Source: an uncultured bacterium (GTDB lineage: Bacteria > Acidobacteriota > HRBIN11 > JAKEFK01). Taken from it: DNA of 64,000 nt. Positions 1 to 12,027 of the stretch are shown here, in pieces. Position 1 is the first letter of the stretch; each line of letters starts with the position of its first letter. The notes below the pieces were generated by a model that was not told where the DNA came from, searched no databases, and was given only the letters and a program-made list of their open reading frames with translations. The translations under genes were made by a program, and so were the position numbers. Location of the stretch: assembly GCA_963777505.1 (NCBI GenBank), contig CAVZQN010000001.1, forward strand, positions 288,001 to 352,000, written 5' to 3'.

Positions 1-37
1 GCGAGAAAGCACAAAAATACTTGTCTGAGGCTGTAAC

Positions 38-1342
38 TCATAAGTCCTCCGTCTGCTTTAATCCCGATCCAGTTAGAAATTCGAGCTCTGCGGCAGCTAG
101 AAAGTAATCCTTTGCGGCAGCAATATATGCCTTTTGAATTTCGAGAGTACGTTTTTGCTCATTGATCCAATCCAAAAAACGAAGTTCACCGGCCTCAAAC
201 GAAATACGCATGATTTCCATCTGTTTTTCTGATTGTTTGATGATCGAGTCCTTATAGAGTCCGTAGGTCTGTCTGGCTATTTCATACTTTCGAAATGCCA
301 GCTCAACTTCATGTTCAATAGTTTTTTCCAGCAGTTTTGTTCTGAGCCTTGATTGATCCAAACGTGCTACGGCAGCAGATGTATTTCCTTGATTTTTAGA
401 AAAAGGGAGTTCGAAGGTTATCCCGGTTGAAATAATTTGATCCGAATCCTTTATAGGAACAAGAGCGTTATTCGCGCTGATACCAAATGCATCAAACTGA
501 CTTTTTTCATTCGAGTATGCGAGGAAGACATCGAGGTCCGGTACACCTTCAGCTTTCGCTAATGAAACGGCAGCTTCTGCTTGTTGATATTCAAACTTGG
601 AAATCAGCAGTTGTGGATTTTTTTCCTTAACGTTGCTTAGGATGGCGGTCAAATCAATATTTTGTACAGGAATATCTTCAAGGAATGATCCTCCTACGGA
701 TTGTTCTTCATGAAGCCCTGCTATTATTTTTAGCTTGGAGATTGTCGCGGACAATTGTGCCGTTAGAGTTGCTTGTTCCAGCTCAAGCCGGCTCAGTTCG
801 ATTTCGCTCAAATCCTTTTCGACAGCGGCAGCTTCACCTAAATTTACTTTTTCAACTGTAAACTCATGAAGCTTTCGGTGTGCATCAACTGACCGGCTTG
901 TTGCTTTCAACAGTTCCTGATTTGAAAGAACATCAGCGTAAGTCTTTTTAACTTCCAATATGAGGTTTCTTTTGCGGTCTTGTAGTTGCTGCTTCGCAAT
1001 AAGCAAACCAATCTCGGCAACTGTTAAGCGTCTTCCGCGTTTTTTCCCAAGTTCGATTGTGTGAACGTACGCAACAGACCATTCTTGATCGCCGGATTCA
1101 CCCAGGATCGATGAAGTTCCAAATGATGTTTGAATCTCGGGATTAGGACGCAATCCAGCCTGACGCAATAAACCATCAGCTTCTTGTATGCCGCTTTCAC
1201 TGGCTTGAATTTCCGGATGAGTAATTAACGAGCTCTCAACGATGCTGGCCAAACTCAGTGTTGATGAATCATCAGCATTAGTCTGGGCCAGAACAAAAGA
1301 GCTCGATAGTACAAAACAAAACAATAGAAATAGAAAACGCAT
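38..1342 (-). CDS. TolC-family outer membrane efflux protein (CzcC/CusC-like)
   Basis: Signal peptide; two OEP-like helical repeats (AGLRPNPEI..., AEGVPDLDV..., FELPFS-NQG); 434 aa; the efflux operon probably continues left of the window. Confidence 0.88.
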   Translation of the reverse strand: MRFLFLLFCFVLSSSFVLAQTNADDSSTLSLASIVESSLITHPEIQASESGIQEADGLLRQAGLRPNPEIQTSFGTSSILGESGDQEWSVAYVHTIELGKKRGRRLTVAEIGLLIAKQQLQDRKRNLILEVKKTYADVLSNQELLKATSRSVDAHRKLHEFTVEKVNLGEAAAVEKDLSEIELSRLELEQATLTAQLSATISKLKIIAGLHEEQSVGGSFLEDIPVQNIDLTAILSNVKEKNPQLLISKFEYQQAEAAVSLAKAEGVPDLDVFLAYSNEKSQFDAFGISANNALVPIKDSDQIISTGITFELPFSKNQGNTSAAVARLDQSRLRTKLLEKTIEHEVELAFRKYEIARQTYGLYKDSIIKQSEKQMEIMRISFEAGELRFLDWINEQKRTLEIQKAYIAAAKDYFLAAAELEFLTGSGLKQTEDL

Positions 1343-1409
1343 AGATAGTCCTTAGTTGAAAACTCATGCAAAGAGTTATTTAAGAATCTGGCAGAAAAAA
1401 CGAATCGAG

Positions 1410-1685
1410 CTAGAGACTAGTTTTTGGTGGGTGGTATATTGTGGACTGATACGAAAGCGTAATAGTTTTTACATTCTTATTCGGCATTTGCTGACAGCTA
1501 TCTTCAACCGCAAAATTGAAATACTGTTCCACTCTGATATGGCTGCAACAGCAAAAGCAACTCGCGTCATCTTCACTACTCGCACTTACTTCGTCGCCGC
1601 AGCACACACCTGCAAAACTGATATCAGCAAACGCGAAAAGAGTAAAAAATAGGGCCAAAAACAGACGAACCCATCGTTTTCGCAT
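1410..1685 (-). CDS. Small Cys-rich membrane protein, putative metal-responsive leader (CzcI/CruR-like)
   Basis: N-terminal hydrophobic helix, CC and CFCCCSH clusters, C-terminal IYHPPK; directly upstream of the TolC gene. Confidence 0.7.
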   Translation of the reverse strand: MRKRWVRLFLALFFTLFAFADISFAGVCCGDEVSASSEDDASCFCCCSHIRVEQYFNFAVEDSCQQMPNKNVKTITLSYQSTIYHPPKTSL

Positions 1686-1750
1686 CGCTAAGACTATAAT
1701 CCCTCATCAAATGAAGATCAAATAAGTAACTCGGCGTGAAAAAGCTGAAC

Positions 1751-3740
1751 TTAATTGGTTGGCGCTCTGTCAGACTTTCCCTGAAGATAGTGGCCATACC
1801 AGGCGAGATATCTTTCGTAAAGATCCTTTACGTAATATGGTGAATCAATTCCGTGATTCTCACCCGGATAAACAATCAGCATTGTATCGACATTCAATCG
1901 CCGAAGAGCTTGATACATTTGTTCCGAATGGATCAAAGGAACATTCCAATCTTCCTGGCCGCACAAAAATAATGTAGGTGTCTTTACATTTTCAACTTGA
2001 AAAAACGGTGAAAGTTTTCGCCAGTGATCAAAATTGCGCCAGGGCAACTCAAGCTCTTTCTCCCAGGCGTGTTGCCATTCATCTGTTCCGTAACCAGCAA
2101 AATGATTCGCAATACCCGCACCTGAAGTAGCTGCTTTAAAACGATCAGTTTTTGTAATCACTGTATCGGTTTGCATCCCGCCATAACTCCATCCACCTAC
2201 TCCCATTTTTTCAGGATCGATGAAGCCTTTTGACACAATGTAATCGACACCGGACATCAAGTCTTCATAGTCCTTAATTCCCCAGGCAGACCAGATCACT
2301 CTTGCGAATTCCTCACCATAACCAGTAGATCCGCGTGGATTCAAACCAGCGACGACATATCCGTTCGCAGCAAACAATTGCCAATCATAATAAAAGCCTT
2401 CATTGTATTGATCGTTTGGTCCGCCATGAATTCTCAGTATGAATGGATATTTTTTTGAAGGATCAAAATCGGGCGGAAAAGTCAGAAAGCCTTCGATAGG
2501 AATGCCTTCATTATTCTTGAATTGAATCCGCTCTGTTTTTCCAAATTCTACAGATTGCAGCAGCTTCGCATTCGTCTGCGTCATCTGTTTGGATCCTTCA
2601 TTTTGATTCCAGATAAAAAGTTCCGATGGAAAGTCTGAACGCTCGGAAAGAAATGCGATAGAACCGCCTGGCCCGGCATCAAATTCTGTAACGACATTAA
2701 CTGAGAGTACATCTCGATTCACTAACCCGCCTTCAACAGGCACGCTGGCTAGACGATGAGTTCCGTGATCTTCCAACAGGAAATAAATAAGACGGCTGTC
2801 GCTGGCTGAACGCAATGTTGAATACATTTCGATCTAATTCACGGGTGAGAATTTTTGGCGTACCGCCTTCGGAGGAAATCACAGCAACTTCCAGAGTGTC
2901 GTACCAGATGATGTCCGGCTGGACCGATGTTGAATAGACAATCCATTTTCCATCCGGACTCCATGAAGGCGTTTCATCCGGCCCTTCATTTGTTGTTAAC
3001 TTTTTCAATTCTCCGCCATCGCTTGAAACGATAAATAAATCCGTATTCGTATTCGTGTCAGGATCTTTGGTCCGATTACTGACAAAGAGAATTGTTTTTC
3101 CATCAGGACTCCACCTTGGTGAAGAATCATCGAATGCTCCTGAGGTAATTTGCTTCAACTTACCTGTACTCAGATCAAGTGTGTACAGATGTGAACGCAG
3201 ATCATTTAAATATCCTGTGCCATCCCGTTTCGTCTGTCTGCGTGTAACGACAATCGGTTTTTCGAATCCTAATACTTCTGATTGATCTGCATCCGTCAAG
3301 ATCAATGCGAGCTTATTTCCATCCGGTGACCATTCGAATTCATCAATGCCCTGCTTGATGTCTGTGAGCTTGCGGGCCTCGCCACCACCAAGGCTTAATT
3401 CGAAAACCTGCGATTCTTCGTTCTCACGCGAGGACAAGAAGGTAATACTGTTTCTATTTGGATGCCATCTTGGTGTTGAGTCTCTTTTTGGATAACTTGT
3501 AAGTTGGATTGGCGCTCCTCCACCCGATGGAACCATCCATAGATCCTGATTCTTTCGATTTTTTTTGACATCGAATTGTGTTGCTTCGTATGCAACCCAT
3601 TTTCCATCAGGGGATACTTGTGGAGAAGACAACTGTTGAATCGAAAAATAGTCATCAACAGTCAGGCGGCGCCGTGATTCAGAATAAGCGGACTGTAAAC
3701 TCACGCAAACCAAAAGAGCTGAAAGCAAGATCTTGTTCAT
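1751..3740 (-). CDS. S9-family dipeptidyl/acylaminoacyl peptidase, split by one frameshift near 2820
   Basis: Signal peptide from M3740; PD40-like SPDGK propeller repeats (2733..3827 ORF); HGGP, GWSYGG nucleophile, Asp in EDWNVP and His in GENHG (1751..2827 ORF). Confidence 0.88.
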
Positions 3741-3815
3741 ATGTGCCAATAGCATGCCATGACACAAATCGGAATGGAAGATTCCAAAATAAATACAGGT
3801 TATGATCGTATCGTT

Positions 3816-5168
3816 ATGAAAATCCAACCAACTCTAATGATTTTGGTTTTAATTCTATTTTCTGTCACTGCTCAAAGCTTCGGTGAAAGTGCAATTGCGA
3901 TTACACATGTAACTCTTATTGATGGGACCGGCTCACAACCTAAAAAGGATGTCACTGTAGTCATATCAAATAAGCGCATCATTGCAATCGAACGTTCAGG
4001 CAGTTCACAAATACCGCAAAATGCAGAAATCATCGATGGCACAGGGAAGTTTATAATTCCGGGATTGTGGGATATGCATGCACATCTTACCAACTACACG
4101 GAACTGGCATGTCCTGCGCTTGTGGCTAATGGTGTAACAGGGATTCGCGATGCAGGCGGCGATCTTGAGTTGATCGATTTAATCAAAGAACGGATTGCAT
4201 CTGGAAAAATTGTTGGACCTCAAATTTATCGCGCAGGTCCATTTGTGGATGGTTCAAAGCCTGGTGTCCCTGATCGTCTTGTTGTTTGGAACTCTGATGA
4301 TGCCCGTGATGCTGTTCATTTTTTGAAAAAGCGGGGTGTGGATTTCATTAAGACTCACACTGGAACGCCATCGGAAGCTTATTTCGCGCTTATTGAAGAA
4401 TCACAAAAGCAAAATCTTAAAGTGATCGGCCACATTCCATCGGAAGTAGATCCGGCTAAAGCAGTGGAGGCAGGACAACATAGCATTGAACATGTTGTTA
4501 CACTTTTTGAAGGTCCATTTCAAAAGGTGGTAAAAAGCGGCAAGTCACAGGAGCAAGCAATGGCGGAATTTAGCGATGAATACTTTCGATCGCTTGCACG
4601 CCTTATGGTTTCTAAACGCACATGGTTCGACCCCACGTTGATTGCTTATTGGAATCGTTCTTTTCAATGGGACGTCAGAGCGCGAAAAGATCCACGCGAT
4701 CAATATATTACTGCTTCGGCAAAAGAATTCTGGAAAGTTTTTCCCGATCTTCCAGAGGAAAGAAAAGAACTCTTAGCAAAGGCATACAAACGTTTCAACG
4801 AAATAACGATGATCATGCATAGCGAAGGAGTTCGTTTCCTTGTGGGAACTGACCTTGGAGCTAAATATTCACTACCTGGCTTTAACGTGCATGATGAATT
4901 GGATCTGTTGGTAAAGGCTGGCCTCACGCCAGGTGAAACGCTGGTGGCAGCAACGCGTAATTGTGCCGAATCGCTGGGTATCCTGGATCGTACAGGAACA
5001 ATTGAAACCGGAAAATCGGCCGATCTCGTTTTACTCGATGCCGATCCGCTGGCCGATATCACTAATACCAAAAAAATTTCCGCTGTAATTCGAGATGGCA
5101 AAGTATTCAAGCGCGCGGATCTGGACGAATTGCTGAAACAAGTTGCCGCAAATGCACCAACACATTAA
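3816..5168 (+). CDS. Secreted amidohydrolase-family protein
   Basis: Signal peptide; IIPGLWDMHAH, SIEH, GTD and GKSADLVLL motifs. Confidence 0.88.
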   Translation: MKIQPTLMILVLILFSVTAQSFGESAIAITHVTLIDGTGSQPKKDVTVVISNKRIIAIERSGSSQIPQNAEIIDGTGKFIIPGLWDMHAHLTNYTELACPALVANGVTGIRDAGGDLELIDLIKERIASGKIVGPQIYRAGPFVDGSKPGVPDRLVVWNSDDARDAVHFLKKRGVDFIKTHTGTPSEAYFALIEESQKQNLKVIGHIPSEVDPAKAVEAGQHSIEHVVTLFEGPFQKVVKSGKSQEQAMAEFSDEYFRSLARLMVSKRTWFDPTLIAYWNRSFQWDVRARKDPRDQYITASAKEFWKVFPDLPEERKELLAKAYKRFNEITMIMHSEGVRFLVGTDLGAKYSLPGFNVHDELDLLVKAGLTPGETLVAATRNCAESLGILDRTGTIETGKSADLVLLDADPLADITNTKKISAVIRDGKVFKRADLDELLKQVAANAPTH

Positions 5169-5213
5169 GTTAAATATGATTAATTTTTGAATTTTTTATC
5201 GCCTGACAGGACA

Positions 5214-5552
5214 ATGCATTTCAAGACTAAGTTACCAGAATTTCACGATGAAGTTGCATCATTACTCGAACGGATCCAGAGAAATGATCTGCGAAGTCAG
5301 CTTCCATATTTAGAAATTGATCAACGCTGTCCATGTACCGACTTTGGATGTGCAAGCTTTACAGTTTCCGGAAGTTCAATATCTGATCGATTCGAATCAC
5401 CGGGAGAACGACGACGAATGACCTTCACGAAGAAGCTGGATATAAAATCTGACCGGGGAAAAATCGTTTTGAATTTGGATCAATTAGGAAGAATCACAGG
5501 CTTTGAAGTTTTGAACCGCAATGACGTCCGCCGGCAGTTATTCAAGCGCTAA
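5214..5552 (+). CDS. Hypothetical protein with CxC-x4-C motif
   Basis: Fills the gap between genes; CPCTDFGCASF; start uncertain (5187 or 5214). Confidence 0.55.
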   Translation: MHFKTKLPEFHDEVASLLERIQRNDLRSQLPYLEIDQRCPCTDFGCASFTVSGSSISDRFESPGERRRMTFTKKLDIKSDRGKIVLNLDQLGRITGFEVLNRNDVRRQLFKR

Positions 5553-5563
5553 TCCATCCGCTG

Positions 5564-5622
5564 AAAAAAAAGCAACAGAGAGCCTCCGATCGCAAAGTGC
5601 GACCGGAAGACTCCCTGTGCTG
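5564..5622 (-). terminator. Probable intrinsic terminator of the M36 peptidase gene
   Basis: Long imperfect hairpin (cagagagcctccgatcgca/tgcgaccggaagactccctg) followed by T8 on the minus strand. Confidence 0.6.
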
Positions 5623-5646
5623 AGTATGCAGCGAGATTGTTCCTAT

Positions 5647-8600
5647 TTACGGCAAAACTGTTGTAACCGCTGCTGCTGGCGTAGCTACAGTCAAATCCGC
5701 TGAATAGTCCGCTTGATTTGTAATGATCGTTGTCGGAAGAACAGTCGGTTTGATCTGTGCCTGGACCTTTAATGTTCCAGTAAAGCCAACATTCACCGTT
5801 CCGAGATTCCAGGTTACGGTGCGAGTTACCGCATTATAAGTTCCGCCATTGGTTGCTGAAATAAAATTCAATTCTGCAGGCAATACATCTGTAACTTTTG
5901 CATTGGATGATGCAAAAGGTCCTGCATTCGAATACGTAAGCGTGTACTCAATGGTCGTTCCGCGTGATGCAGTTGCTGGCGCAGTCATAGTGAACGTAAC
6001 AATCGGGTCCATCGGCGGCGCGCTTGCTGCTGCACCGAAAACCTGAAATTCTGCAGCCCGTACATCGTTATCGGCCGGTGGAAGCATTACGCCACCGTCA
6101 CCAACTCTGCAATCCGTTGAAAAAAATGGATCGTTGTCTTGTTCGCCCTGGAATGCTGTTTGTCCTGTGCACTGATTGTTTGCAACCCGGAATTGTACGT
6201 GAGTTGCTTGCGTATCTGGAACATCGAATTCGCGCAAAATCAAATCAGGTGCTGCTGGTCTCGGCACAGAGGCTGGAAATGCATTCGCAGGACTTGTATA
6301 GATGAGAGTAAATCCCGCTGGAATTGTGCCCACACATGTTGGATTGGAAATGTTTCCAACTTTGCATGTCAGTACTTGAAACTGGCGCAATGCTGTGAAT
6401 CTTCCGCCTTCATCCGGATCAAGCATGGCGCTGACTTGAACTCTTTTTATGGTTTGCAATCCACCTGCAAGTGCAATCGTAACTTGATCGCCAACCGCAT
6501 CATCAGGAACATCACCTGTGGTCGATGACCATACTGTGTCTTCAGTATCGTCAATCAGATTATTTAGCGATGTCACTCCGTCACCAGCGGCTACAGCTCC
6601 GTTATTCACGGAAGCCAAATTTTTCGCCATCTTTACTGTGAGTGTGTACGTATTTCCCGCGCCTCCGGACCATGCATTTCTTGGGAAACGAAGATGACCA
6701 TAACCAGGCGCTTGAATCAGGAAATCGTAAAAATAATTCGTGACCAACCAAACTGTTCCGGTCATTCCGGTAGCATCTGAAGTTGCAACAGGAGTTGTGC
6801 GTGCTTCATAATGTCCGACAAATACTTTTGCGTTGGGAATCGCAGTGACTCCATTGGAATCAACAATCTTAAATTTGAATCCGATTTCTGCTTCATTCGG
6901 AGATTCGAAAGATGCTTTTGGATCCACATCATCGGGGCTCGCTGTAGAAGCATTGATCCCCATACCGCGCCGGGCAAATACACGCCACAATTCGGTTTGG
7001 TTTGCACTTCCAAAGCGCATCAAATCCGCAGCAAGATAGGCATCGCGTGCTGAAAGAAAATCCACATCAGATGACATCAGCAAGAATGCATCAAACATGA
7101 TTTGAATCCATCTGCGATTTCCGGGACACTGATTTGCAGGCAATTTTCCGTTTGCACAATCACGCTGCAAGGCTTTGTTTGATTCGGGATAGGAGCCGTT
7201 GTATTTGGTGACTAGAGCCTTGCGAATGTCATAGTTGGTTGCACTCCAAATTTCACCGTCGGCATGCCGCTGCGCATACAGAGTGCATGCTCCAAGATCG
7301 TCCTGTTCGCAAACGAAATCGTAGCCAACGTTGCTGTAGTTCAATGGATTGTTTGTTGTCAGCGGGCTTGTGGGAGCTAATACTTGCGGAGGCCCACTGT
7401 GGAACCCGGCAACCGCTACGTTACGACTCATGTTGTAATTGCGAATTCCGCGTTCCTTATTTCCTGTCGCATACGGTCCAACTGCAAACGGATTTTCGTT
7501 GCTCGTTGGAAATTCGTTTGGACCTCCAGGAATGTAATCTGAATATTCATTCACTATTTCCACTCCGGCCAGATCGCCCCACGATTCACCCATGGAAGCG
7601 CCTTGTTGGCTGAGAATGCCAGAGTCTGGTCCTCCGATCATGCGGTTTGAAATTGCGTGAGTGTATTCATGACCAATAACGGACATATCGAAATCGCCAT
7701 CAACGCATGGTGCGTAGAATGCGCCGGCGATCGGCTGCCACAAATACATGTTTGTGATTCCAGGAATTCCATCTTGCAATGTAATTTGATTTGCATTGTC
7801 TCTTCCCAGAAATGATGGATAACCGCCAACGAGCGCGCCTGCTTGAACATTCCCTGTCTCAGGATCTTGCTCGCCACCAAGTGGAAATGGACCTGGAGCA
7901 GTTAATCCGAAATTGTTCGTTTGCATGTTGAAATTCCGTTCGGTAAATCCTAAGAAGTACGACCAATCGTGCATTCTGTTATGTTCCGAAAACAGATTTG
8001 CGGTTGCAGCATCGACATCGTTTCCATTGGGTGGAACCAACGCTGCAGGATTGCATTTCTGGGTATTCCATTTGTTTTCCCATGGAAATAAATAATCGCG
8101 AGTCGGTGAAACCGGCCGGTAATTTTCTGCAGGAGTTAAAGGACTGGCCCACGCTTGCGAAGAACTTGCATTGTTTCCGATGGTTGTGTTTGTCGCTGCA
8201 TTTGCAGTGACACTGTGATCCCAGGGCACACGGGATGCTAAATTTTCAAGTGCAACATCGCAGTCGGAAGTATCTTTGTTTAAGTCGACACCCGATGTAA
8301 CCCAACATCCACGTGCACGGTTGTCAGTGGCAGACAAATCGAGTGGCGGATTTGCAGGAACGAAATCCCATTTTGGTGGAAAGAAGAATCCTTGTGCTCG
8401 CAACAGGACTTGAGGTGAATACGCCGCCATAGTTGTAAGGAGCAGTTTGAGGAACCGTACCAATGAACGGACAAACCTCAACGCTGAAATTTTCGGCAAC
8501 GGCAGTTGGAGGCGAAAGGGTTTGATTCACGACCGCTTCAGGACTGGTTGCTGTATCAATTGCTTGAAGAAGTATTCCTGTAGTGCAATCACCACGATAT

Positions 8601-9586
8601 AGTTTCAAAACAATGTCATTTGTTACGATTGCTGCGGATGCAACTACGTTAATACTCGCGGTCCCAATCGGTACTGCAAAAGTGTGGCATACGCCGCACG
8701 TATTTGGATTAACGTTGTAACTTCCATTAAATACATTGACGGAAGGTGTTCCGCCTCCAGACTGTTGTTGTTGTCGATTGGTTCGCAGAAGGATTTGGCC
8801 GGATTGGGCATCAACAAAAAATGTATAAGCCATCGAGATTCCGCCTTGAGAGTTCAATACGTTTGTTTCATAGGCGGGGCGTACTCCATTGCTAACTGTT
8901 GGAAAAGCAACAAGACGCGATCTCTGTGGGTGTGAAAAACCGAGAACATCAAAAACTGTCCAGCTATTTTCCTGGCGTGTCGCAGATATATTTGCAAGCG
9001 ATACAACCTGGCCGATGCTAGTTGCAGCATTCAACCATGCAGTAACAGGATCCAGAACCGCTCCTCCAGGAGCTGCTTGATCACCGGTGGCGGAAGAAGA
9101 AACATAAGCAATTTTTCCACCGGTTATGCCAACTGTAATGAGTCCATCCATTCCGGCTGGCAAAGTTCCATACTTCTGCCGGAAAATGACGGCATGGCCA
9201 TCATATCCAGCCATGAGTGAGTCATTCAAAAGTTCAAGCGAATTCGAGCTTGTATCTGACAAGCGAAACAGAGCCTTGTTAACGTTGATCCAGTTGCGAG
9301 CAGCAGTTACAGGACTGCCACTTAAACCGGTCGCAAGATAGCCACCATGTTTAATGAGTGACTTTGGAGTTCCAAATTTGTTCCATTGCGCTTTTGCACC
9401 AAGACTACTGACAATTCCAATTTGCTGCGATGTCGGCGCAATTGATTCCGATCGTGAATCGAAATCAGGCAAAGCGTTGTGAACATCGATGACCTTAGCA
9501 GCGCTCCATACATTTGCGCAAAACATTAAGACAAAAAGCAGTGTGATGATCGAACGGTAGGTTCTAGTGCCTCTGTTACCTGACAT
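5647..9586 (-). CDS. Large secreted M36 (fungalysin-like) metallopeptidase with propeptide and C-terminal DUF11-like domain; frameshift near 8390
   Basis: RBS GGAGG before ATG 9586; signal peptide; FTP/PepSY-like propeptide (FFVDAQSGQIL); HEYTH and GESWGD zinc motifs; HADGEIW; C-terminal TYTLTYSNAG/VTDVLP-type Ig domain; two overlapping ORFs. Confidence 0.85.
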
Positions 9587-9813
9587 TGAATTTCCTCCAA
9601 TTTTCTCAGGAGGCTTCCGAAATGCCGTTTTGAACAACCTCGCGAGCATTTTCTTTGAAGCTCAGCCTTTCAATTCCAATGTACTTTGCGCAGGGATCTG
9701 AACCAATGAGGGAAACACCCTAAAGATGGAGGAAAAGGACCTCAATTTGATTTGAGATAGCAGATTTCAGATAGGAGATTGAAATTGGAGGATTGAAGAT
9801 TGAAAAATTTGGA

Positions 9814-11538
9814 CTAAGACACGCGACGTTTGGAACGGATCGTAGAAATGGCGGCGAATCCCAATCCAAAAAAAAGACCAACCCCCAGACCGGCCCAAAA
9901 CTTGGGGCTTTCAAGAACACTGGCAATAACACTACCGACCGTAGGTGCAGGAGGTTTTTGAAGCAAATATGACGCTATGACCTCTGCTTGTTCGCGCGTT
10001 AGATTGAGGGGTGGCATCTGAGCATTCGGTTCATCAAAACTAGGATATAGAAGTCGATTAATTACCCATAATTTCACGCGGTCTTTATGTTTTGCTGAAA
10101 TCACTTCTTTGCGTGCAACCTTACTTGCTTGTATCTTTTTATCCGGATTTGCATCCAGACGCGCAATGAGAGCCGCATAGGAAGGATCAAGTACTCTTGA
10201 TTCCACACGTGTTTCCAAAGAGTTTTTATCAAGTGACGGCCCTTGAGTATTTCCTACGCCATTGAGTGAATGACACTTCAAACAACTCAGTGAGTTGATA
10301 AGTTCAGCGGGCCCTGTGCCAGGTCCAATGATGCTGGAATGAGCGCGACCTGGTTCGTATCGCATCACCATAACTACTCCACTGTTACCAACAGGAAGGA
10401 TCGGACAGAAATAAAGACCCTCAGTTGAAAGCGCGAGGCCAACAACTCCCTGGCCATGCTTTTTAGCTACAAAATGTACTAGGTATTTCGGGCTTCCTAT
10501 GACCATTTTCTGGTTCAAATCAAATTCAACTGAGACGACTCCAGGGTTAAGTCTTTTAGTCTCGGAAGAAGCAATCAGAAATCGAGGATTCTGTTTCTGT
10601 TCCAATACATTTTGTTCCACTGGAGCAAACGCTACCTGGACTGGACAAATGGTTGGAGAAAAAACCGCTGCAGCGTTCGTTGCAATCGAATTATCCGTAC
10701 CGTCCCATGCATAGTCCCGGCCCGATTGGATCTCTAAAAATCGATCCAAACTGACACCATTTTCAGCAACAAACACGCGATCATCTACAACGGTCAAACC
10801 AAATGGATTGCGGAGACCAAATGCATAAACTGACGCAGGCTTTACTCCCGAAGAAGCAAAAAGATTTGATGGATGCGGTTTGCCATCCAGGGTGAGACGG
10901 AGTAGTTTTCCAAGCATCTTATCCAATGAGCCCGAACTGGAAGGATCACCTCCATCTCCCACACCGATGTAGATGCTGTCACCATCTACAACGCAACCGC
11001 CGATCTGATGAGAAAATGCAGATACATCGTCTTTGAATAATTCCAGATAGTCCTGCCGTTCTGATGCATTTCCTTCGAAAGTATGCGGTGTTGCGGTAAA
11101 ACGAGTGACTCCGTTTCGCAACACACCCAAATTGTCGCGATATGCATATGTAGTGAATACGTAGCCATGTTCGTCATCAAGACAAAGGCCGGCCATCCCT
11201 GCTTCTCCCGCCTCATCCGGCCATTCGGCTTTGGGTGAAAATGTTGGAATTCTCGCGAAAGTTGTAACAGTCGAATCGTTCGAAACCAACTTAATGACTC
11301 CGCGCAGTTCTGTAACGAACATTTTTGGAGATTTCGGATCTGATTTTGGATTCTTAATGATGGCGATCGCTGTCGGAAGTTGAAAGCCACTGGCGGCAAT
11401 TTTCAGTGAGTACCCTGCTTCTACTGCCCACTGCGATAATGGATCAAGTTTAGTATCAGTCATCGCCGCAACCGGCTTGAAAAATAGAATCAAGCCAGCA
11501 AGGAATACAGTAAGCAGGAGTTTTCGCAGCAAAGACAT
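9814..11538 (-). CDS. PQQ-dependent sugar dehydrogenase (GSDH-like) fused to a c-type cytochrome, with C-terminal membrane anchor
   Basis: IYIGVGDGG, GKLLRLTLDG and YAFGLRNPFGL propeller motifs; CLKCH haem motif with a distal MP; N-terminal signal and C-terminal TM. Confidence 0.8.
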   Translation of the reverse strand: MSLLRKLLLTVFLAGLILFFKPVAAMTDTKLDPLSQWAVEAGYSLKIAASGFQLPTAIAIIKNPKSDPKSPKMFVTELRGVIKLVSNDSTVTTFARIPTFSPKAEWPDEAGEAGMAGLCLDDEHGYVFTTYAYRDNLGVLRNGVTRFTATPHTFEGNASERQDYLELFKDDVSAFSHQIGGCVVDGDSIYIGVGDGGDPSSSGSLDKMLGKLLRLTLDGKPHPSNLFASSGVKPASVYAFGLRNPFGLTVVDDRVFVAENGVSLDRFLEIQSGRDYAWDGTDNSIATNAAAVFSPTICPVQVAFAPVEQNVLEQKQNPRFLIASSETKRLNPGVVSVEFDLNQKMVIGSPKYLVHFVAKKHGQGVVGLALSTEGLYFCPILPVGNSGVVMVMRYEPGRAHSSIIGPGTGPAELINSLSCLKCHSLNGVGNTQGPSLDKNSLETRVESRVLDPSYAALIARLDANPDKKIQASKVARKEVISAKHKDRVKLWVINRLLYPSFDEPNAQMPPLNLTREQAEVIASYLLQKPPAPTVGSVIASVLESPKFWAGLGVGLFFGLGFAAISTIRSKRRVS

Positions 11539-11597
11539 GATCAAGAGAAGTGATTTTAACACGGGAATCTCTGCGTCTCTGCGGTTTAGGGTTCGCG

Positions 11598-11886
11598 CTT
11601 CTCGTGTGATACAGTATGGCCACAATGCCTCTAGCTGCAGGCCAAAAGCTTGGTCCGTACGAAATCAGCGCTCCTCTCGGAGCAGGTGGAATGGGTGAGG
11701 TGTATCGAGCGAAAGATACACGTCTGGGTCGTGAGGTCGCGATTAAAATTTTGTCGGATGAATTTACTTCCAATCAAAATCGAATGGAACGATTGCCGGC
11801 ATTGTTCATCCCGATTTGAAACCTGAAAACATCATGATTTCCAAAGATGGTTTTGCCAAGATTCTTGATTTTGGGTTGGCGAAATC
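11598..11886 (+). pseudogene. Internally deleted remnant of a Ser/Thr kinase paralogous to 19719..22450
   Basis: 11616-11794 nearly identical to 19719-19897; then jumps to [29 protein letters not shown] matching about 20112-20200; out of frame and truncated. Confidence 0.85.
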
Positions 11887-12027
11887 AATGACACAGGATC
11901 ATCCGCAGGCATCGCGGCAGCATTCTTGTTGAATCAAAACCAGGTAATAGTCGTTTCAAAGTTCGACTGCCTTTAAAGCAGCCCAACTAGGTTTCGTTTT
12001 CTTACATCTAGTGTAGCTTACTTCAAT

